Shown: one piece after another, positions 58,835 to 64,000 of the stretch
Layout of the letters: each line of letters opens with the position of its first letter
Position numbering within the stretch: the first letter of the stretch is position 1
NCBI GenBank assembly: GCA_964434115.1
Contig: CAYSSX010000005.1
Location: 159,063 to 223,062, forward strand
Reading direction: 5' to 3'
DNA from: an uncultured bacterium
GTDB lineage: Bacteria; Omnitrophota; Omnitrophia; Omnitrophales; Aquincolibacteriaceae
Length of the DNA stretch: 64,000 bases
Program-made: the position numbers and the translations under genes
The notes under the pieces: generated by a model
Database searches by the model: none
The model's input: the letters and a program-made list of their open reading frames with translations, nothing else
Told to the model about the DNA's origin: nothing

Positions 58835-58921
58835 ACTCACGGTAAACGGTAACTTTGAATTGGGAATTATAGTGGCTCCTTCGCGCCGTGACAAGGAGAG
58901 CGGAAAAAAGTACAATCCGCC

Positions 58922-61249
58922 ATGCCTCTCACCACGCCGGTTTTCATCCTCACCTCCGAATATGAAGATGTCCGTGACCGCCACGTCCTGCGCTTCTATG
59001 GCAAGTCCCCGGAGCATGGCCCGATTGAGATTGTTATGGAGGATGCGCGCCCCGTTTTCTTCATGCCGCATGAATCCAAGATGCCGGAGCTGTCCTTTCC
59101 GGTAACGCGAAGCGCAACCAAGCTGCGATCCATGAGCGGCCTTAAGGCAGACGCCGTTTATTTCCGGACCCAAAAGGAGCTTTATTCCGCGCGCGATAAA
59201 TTCCGCGATGCCAAGGTCGCGACCTTTGAGCATGATGTTCACCCCTGCGACCGTTTCCTGATGGAGCGGTTTATTCACGGCTGGGCCCAGATCACGGGCG
59301 AGCCTGAAAAACTGGGGCACCTGCTCAGGTTCGTGAATCCCAAATGGGCTTTGCCAGAAACACCTCCGGAGCTTTCCCTGCGCATTGTTTCCATCGACAT
59401 TGAAACCGACAAAAAAGCCGCCAGTGTTTATTCCGTGGCCGTTCACCTTACGGGTCCCGGCCTTGATGAAAAGCGGGTTTTTATGCGCGGCGAACCTCCG
59501 GCGCAGGAAACGCCTTCCTTTCTGGAGTATTTTTCCCTTGAGGCAGACCTTCTCAAAGCCCTTCTCGCGTGGTTTGAGGAGCGTGATCCGGATGTGGTGA
59601 TTGGCTGGAATGTGGTGGGCTTTGACCTGGCGGTTCTGGAACAGCGCTCTCGCGCGCTGTGGATGCCTTTCCTCATCGGACGGGCTAACCGGCCCATGGT
59701 TATTAAGAAGCGGAAAAACGGGAGCGAGCTTGCGATTATTCCGGGCCGCGTGATCCTGGACGGCCCGGTGGTGCTTCGGGCGGCTTTTTATCAGTTCGAA
59801 GATTTCCGCCTGGAAACCGTTGCCCAGGAGCTGCTGGGCGAAGGCAAAACCATCACGCCCGGTCAGGATAAAATGGCGGAAATTGACCGCATGTTCAAGG
59901 ATGACAAGCAGAGCCTCGCGGCCTACAACCTTCAGGACGCGGTTTTGGTTTCAAAGATTTTTGAAAAGACCGGACTTGTGGAGCTGGCCATGAAGCGGAC
60001 GCTGCTCTCCGGCCTGCTCATGGACCAGATCGGGATGTCGGCCGCGGCCTTTGATCACTTCTACCTGCCGCGTCTGCACCGCAAAGGCTATGTCGCGCCC
60101 AACACCGACGACATGATCAAGCTGGAACAAAGCACGGGCGGTTATGTGATTTCCCCGCGCCCCGGAATTTACGACCATGTCCTGGTGCTGGATTTTAAAA
60201 GCCTGTACCCGACCATTATCCAGACTTTCAAGATCGATCCGCTTTCACGTTTGTGCGCGGAAGTGAATCCGCTCACCACTCCGCGCGGTTACCCTTTTTC
60301 CCGGACTGAGCATATCCTGCCGGGATTTATCGATGAACTCATGAAGCAGCGGGCCAAGGCAAAAAAAGAAAAGGATCCGCACCTTTCCCAGGCCATCAAA
60401 ATTCTCATGAACAGTTTCTACGGCGTCATGGGTTCGCCGGTGAGCCGCTTTTACCATCCGGACCTTCCCACCGCGGTCACATCCACCGGACAATGGCTGC
60501 TGGTGCAAAGCCGGGATTATCTGGAACGCAAAGGCCTTGAAGTTCTTTACGGTGACACGGATTCTCTTTTTGTGCGCTTTGAAGAGGATGGCACCATGAC
60601 GCCTGAAGCGCGCGGCGAAGCGCTGGCGCGGGAACTCAACAAGTACTGGCAGAACCGCCTTGAAACCGAATACTCGCTTAAATCTTATCTCGAAATCGAA
60701 TTTGAAAGCTATTTTTGGAAATTCCTTTTACCCATGGCACGCAATAAAGAAGGCGGCGCGAAAAAACGCTACGCGGGCATGGTCCTTGAGCATGGAAAAA
60801 AATCCCTGCATTTTACGGGCATGGAATTCGTGCGTTCCGATTGGACGCGTTTGGCCAAGGATTTTCAGGAAGAGCTTTACCGGAAACTTTTTGAGGGCGA
60901 AAAAATCGAGGGGTGGATCAAGGACTTCGTGAAGGCCGTAAAAGAAGGCCGCATGAAGGACAAAATGGTTTACAAAAAGCGGCTTTTAAAACCCGCTGCA
61001 GCTTACACCAAGAATGTGCCGCCGCATGTGAAGGCCGCACTTCTTTTAAAAAAACCGGTGCGTGAAGTTCAGTATGTGATCACTAAACGCGGACCCGTGC
61101 CCATCGAGCTTCCTCATGATGATTTGGATGTGGACCATTACATCGAAAAGCAGCTCGAGCCCATTGCGGATTCGATTCTGGGGTTTGTGGGAAAATCTTT
61201 TGACCGGCTTTCGGATCCGGCCCAGCTGGTGCTTTTCGAAGATTCCTGA
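58922..61249 (+). CDS. polB: DNA polymerase II (family B) with 3'-5' exonuclease domain
   Basis: Family-B motif A (DFKSLYPTII), motif C (YGDTDSLFV) and exonuclease motifs. 775 aa, similar to E. coli Pol II (783 aa). Confidence 0.9.
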   Translation: MPLTTPVFILTSEYEDVRDRHVLRFYGKSPEHGPIEIVMEDARPVFFMPHESKMPELSFPVTRSATKLRSMSGLKADAVYFRTQKELYSARDKFRDAKVATFEHDVHPCDRFLMERFIHGWAQITGEPEKLGHLLRFVNPKWALPETPPELSLRIVSIDIETDKKAASVYSVAVHLTGPGLDEKRVFMRGEPPAQETPSFLEYFSLEADLLKALLAWFEERDPDVVIGWNVVGFDLAVLEQRSRALWMPFLIGRANRPMVIKKRKNGSELAIIPGRVILDGPVVLRAAFYQFEDFRLETVAQELLGEGKTITPGQDKMAEIDRMFKDDKQSLAAYNLQDAVLVSKIFEKTGLVELAMKRTLLSGLLMDQIGMSAAAFDHFYLPRLHRKGYVAPNTDDMIKLEQSTGGYVISPRPGIYDHVLVLDFKSLYPTIIQTFKIDPLSRLCAEVNPLTTPRGYPFSRTEHILPGFIDELMKQRAKAKKEKDPHLSQAIKILMNSFYGVMGSPVSRFYHPDLPTAVTSTGQWLLVQSRDYLERKGLEVLYGDTDSLFVRFEEDGTMTPEARGEALARELNKYWQNRLETEYSLKSYLEIEFESYFWKFLLPMARNKEGGAKKRYAGMVLEHGKKSLHFTGMEFVRSDWTRLAKDFQEELYRKLFEGEKIEGWIKDFVKAVKEGRMKDKMVYKKRLLKPAAAYTKNVPPHVKAALLLKKPVREVQYVITKRGPVPIELPHDDLDVDHYIEKQLEPIADSILGFVGKSFDRLSDPAQLVLFEDS

Positions 61250-61253
61250 AAAT

Positions 61254-61493
61254 TCAGCTTCGGGGGGCGGTCTCTTCTTCCGCGTAGGCGCTTTTATGGC
61301 GGGCAAAACCCAAATGTCCGTCCCAGCAAAGCACGGAACAAAAAATCATGCCGAGACGGGAATTTTTGCACGTGCTGACAGAACAGGTGTAATAAACCGC
61401 GCCAAAGGAAATAGGCCTTTTGCAGGTGCTGCATTTCTTCCAGCCAGGAACTTCCCCGGGCTTTTCATTCATGATCGAATCCTTTTCCGTCAC
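61254..61493 (-). CDS. Cys-rich small protein (zinc-ribbon-like)
   Basis: CSTC...CSVSTC...CSVLC pattern. Confidence 0.4.
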   Translation of the reverse strand: MTEKDSIMNEKPGEVPGWKKCSTCKRPISFGAVYYTCSVSTCKNSRLGMIFCSVLCWDGHLGFARHKSAYAEEETAPRS

Positions 61494-61502
61494 GAGCCGG
61501 CC

Positions 61503-61757
61503 TCACTTTTTGCCTTCATAGTTGAAAAGATCCTTAAGCGTATAATTCCCTTCCGGAACGCGCGCATTAAGCGCCTTGAGGATCTTCATTTGAATATTAA
61601 AGGTAAGGCGCCGGCCTTTACGGCCCTTGGCCACCATTTTGTGCGAGAGCTGCTCGGTAGAATGCTGTACGAGTTCGCTGTTTTTGACTGCAAGCTTTGT
61701 CAAAAGCGCGTCCAGCGGCTGCGGGCCTTTATCCATGTCCTGTTTTGTTTCATCCAT
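61503..61757 (-). CDS. Hypothetical small basic protein
   Basis: 84-aa ORF. Confidence 0.35.
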   Translation of the reverse strand: MDETKQDMDKGPQPLDALLTKLAVKNSELVQHSTEQLSHKMVAKGRKGRRLTFNIQMKILKALNARVPEGNYTLKDLFNYEGKK

Positions 61758-61884
61758 TCCGAAATCTTACCATAATCCCTGGCCGCCGCGCCCTTTCTTT
61801 AAAACTTTCAGCGCAGCCAGTTCAAATAAAAACGGCAGAACCCGGGTGAGTCCTGCCGCTTTTGAATTCTGAGAATCTGCTCTT

Positions 61885-62442
61885 TTACTGGTTTTCGTTT
61901 CGTTCTGAACGCTGGTGATGATGGCCGTGTCCCTGCCAGCCGTCTCCAGGGTTGCCGCCCCGGTCCCAGCCGGGCTTCCCACGCCAGCCGTCATGACCTT
62001 GATCGTGCTTGCCGCCATCCTGGCCCTTCCAGTTTTTACGCCCTCCATCATGATTGTATCCGCGCCCTTCACCGCCGCGCCGGTTTTGTCTATCCTGCTG
62101 AATCTGGGCATATTTCTGCTTTTGCTCATCGGTCAAGACCGAGTTGATCTTGTCCTGAATCTGGGCTCTCTCAGCTTTTCTCTGCTCGATGTACGCCTGA
62201 CGCTGCTGCTCAAAAGTATTTGAGCTGGCGGCCGAAGAGCTTGAAAAAATATCCTTAATCTTTGCCGCCTGATCATCGGACAATCCCAAATCCTGTTTCA
62301 AACGATCGGTCATGCCGCTGACATAATTCGATTGATCTCTGCTGGAAACTGCGGCTGTGGAAGTTTCGGCTTCCGCAAAACCCTGAAAACCTGCAAGGGT
62401 GATAACGCTTACAGCTAAAAACAAACTGCGACGGCAAAACAT
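61885..62442 (-). CDS. Periplasmic LTXXQ-motif (Spy/CpxP-like) protein with Gly/His-rich C-terminal tail
   Basis: Signal peptide. Two L[ST]D[DE]Q motifs (LSDDQAAKI, LTDEQKQKY). C-terminal GxG/His-rich tail ending HGHHHQ. Confidence 0.6.
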   Translation of the reverse strand: MFCRRSLFLAVSVITLAGFQGFAEAETSTAAVSSRDQSNYVSGMTDRLKQDLGLSDDQAAKIKDIFSSSSAASSNTFEQQRQAYIEQRKAERAQIQDKINSVLTDEQKQKYAQIQQDRQNRRGGEGRGYNHDGGRKNWKGQDGGKHDQGHDGWRGKPGWDRGGNPGDGWQGHGHHHQRSERNENQ

Positions 62443-62645
62443 AAACTCCTCCTGAGTGGGTTGATAAAGATGAAAGAGTCAAACCATCTTCTCTTTCACT
62501 GCTTTAGACGCCGCCGGGGGCTGATTAGTTTAATCTTTTTTGAAATTTAATGGTTTTCCCAACCTCTTTACATGAATATCGTTAGGAGTTTGAGACAAGG
62601 CTTAGGAGATTTTTAACAATCTTGGGAGACTTTAGAGGATTCCGG

Positions 62646-63089
62646 TCAAACTGCGGTTCTGGGGTTGAAAAGTTCCAGCTGGCGGGGATGCTTTTTCCTG
62701 GTCATCGTCATTTGGAGCAGGGCAAGAAAACTGAGCACGGCAACAAAGGCGCCTTGCATGTCATCTTTGACATCCATGATGTCAGGCGTGCGGTCGGGTG
62801 TAAAAATCTGGGCAGCTTCGGAAACAGCACCGCAGATAAAGGTCAAAAAGAGGGCCAGACAGCATGCGGGAATCAGGTTCATACGGTTAAAGCGGAAATA
62901 AAGACAAAGTAAAAAGCAGAAAACCCCATAGGCCACCGCGTGGGCCAGCGGAAAAAAGGAATAGCTTTTCAAAAAGAGAAGGGCCGTTTTGCTTGGCTGA
63001 AGCGCCAAAAAAATAAGGGCAATAGCAAAACCTAAAGAGGACCACAGAAGGCTTTTTTTGCGGGTCTTAATACTAAACACGGAAAACAA
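62646..63089 (-). CDS. Small integral membrane protein (VanZ-like?)
   Basis: 147 aa with 4 TM helices. Family assignment uncertain. Confidence 0.45.
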   Translation of the reverse strand: MFSVFSIKTRKKSLLWSSLGFAIALIFLALQPSKTALLFLKSYSFFPLAHAVAYGVFCFLLCLYFRFNRMNLIPACCLALFLTFICGAVSEAAQIFTPDRTPDIMDVKDDMQGAFVAVLSFLALLQMTMTRKKHPRQLELFNPRTAV

Positions 63090-63192
63090 CCTGCTTCCTT
63101 ATTTATGCGGCTTGTTCACTACTTTTAAAAGTATGCTTGCGGCTCTCAAAAAATGCAAATAAGCAGGCCTTCGATTTCCCAAGTTTCTCTTA

Positions 63193-63220
63193 TTGGACAG
63201 GGGTTTTTTTCTGGTATAAT
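63193..63220 (+). promoter_or_regulatory. Sigma70-like promoter (TTGGAC-16nt-TATAAT) for tex
   Basis: -35 and -10 hexamers about 65 nt upstream of the tex ATG. Confidence 0.45.
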
Positions 63221-63286
63221 CCGCCCCGGTTCAGAAATCTTCCCGCTTGATAAATCCAAGCACTGTTGCATTTTAAGGAAACCCTG

Positions 63287-64000
63287 ATGCTCAAAATTGT
63301 CCAGACCATTGCCCGTGAAATTTCCGTCACTGAAAAGCAGGTTGCGGCGGCCGTCCTTTTGCTGGATGAAGGATCCACGGTTCCTTTTATCGCGCGCTAC
63401 CGCAAGGAAATGACCGGCGGCTTGACCGATGATCATCTCCGTGTGCTTTCCGACCGCCTGGAATACCTCCGCGACCTTGAAAAACGCCGCGAGGCCATTC
63501 TTGAAAGCATTCAGGAGCAGGGCAAGCTGACAGACGAGTTAAAAAAATCCATTCTTGCCGCGGAAACCAAGGTTCAGCTCGAAGACCTTTACCTTCCCTA
63601 CAAGCCCAAACGGAGAACCAAGGCCCAGATCGCCCGTGAGGCGGGGCTGGAACCGCTCGCCGAAATGCTTCTCAAGGACCCTTCCCTGAAACCCGAAGAA
63701 GCCGGGCTTTCGTATGTAAATGCGGAAAAAGGCGTGGCGGATCTCAAGGCCGCTCTCGAAGGCGCGCGGGAAATTTTGATGGAGCGCTTTTCCGAAGACG
63801 CGGGCCTTTTAGGCCGGCTCCGCGAAAAGCTATGGGAAACAGCCACCCTTTCTTCCAAGGTCATAAAAGGCAAGAATGAAGAAGGCATTAAATTCCTGGA
63901 CTATTTTGACTACCGCGAGTCGCTGAACAAAATCCCTTCTCACCGGACACTCGCGCTTTTCCGAGGCCGGCAGGAAGGCATTCTCCGCCTCACCATGGAA
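63287..64000 (+). CDS. tex: Transcription accessory protein Tex (5' partial; runs off the window end)
   Basis: N-terminal Tex motifs ([33 protein letters not shown]). No stop before the window end. Confidence 0.85.
   Translation, partial: MLKIVQTIAREISVTEKQVAAAVLLLDEGSTVPFIARYRKEMTGGLTDDHLRVLSDRLEYLRDLEKRREAILESIQEQGKLTDELKKSILAAETKVQLEDLYLPYKPKRRTKAQIAREAGLEPLAEMLLKDPSLKPEEAGLSYVNAEKGVADLKAALEGAREILMERFSEDAGLLGRLREKLWETATLSSKVIKGKNEEGIKFLDYFDYRESLNKIPSHRTLALFRGRQEGILRLTME

Noticed and set aside
1-64000. tRNA or rRNA genes
   Set aside because: No GTTCGA-type T-arm/acceptor patterns or rRNA-like conserved stretches noticed on manual scan. Not exhaustively testable without a covariance-model search.

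Overview
The window is GC-rich bacterial chromosome (about 58-60% GC by eye) with an AT-rich left edge (1-1380). Gene density is high and most genes are on the minus strand. No rRNA, tRNA or CRISPR was found. Recognisable blocks, all minus strand unless stated: (1) AT-rich island with one HEPN/Abi-like hypothetical protein and a dense hairpin cluster (1-1380); (2) NO/nitrite detox-denitrification cluster nsrR-norZ(qNOR)-alginate-export-like porin-hemerythrin, then nirK (cytochrome c fusion)-nirV-sco (2311-9868); (3) MFS transporter, TPR protein, rlmD (10001-13001); (4) long MoxR-DUF58-BatA-like VWA operon containing a roughly 1420-aa secreted protein that is mostly Gly/Ser/Ala-rich disorder (16007-29739); (5) prfC; (6) a Rho homologue lacking the N-terminal OB-fold RNA-binding domain, flanked by YHS and Pro-rich secreted proteins (32519-35694); (7) B12 uptake operon btuF-btuC-btuD-btuB-cobO behind a likely cobalamin riboswitch (36609-42362), with B12-dependent metH nearby; (8) two tandem Hsp20 genes on the plus strand, one membrane-anchored; (9) TetR, SMR, cupin, S1 protease; (10) Anbu proteasome-homologue operon (CP-ATP-grasp, Alpha-E, Anbu, transglutaminase-like); (11) RidA, polB with a 20-bp perfect palindrome upstream, a Spy/LTXXQ-like gene, and the 5' end of tex. 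Items worth a second look: the NTD-less Rho; the giant disordered protein in the MoxR/VWA operon; the hairpin-dense AT-rich island; a 15-mer shared between two distant intergenic palindromes; and a MITE-like inverted-repeat element inside the operon. Coordinates follow the ORF track; some starts were moved to internal Met/RBS positions. My hand indexing of the raw sequence can be off by 1-2 nt in places.
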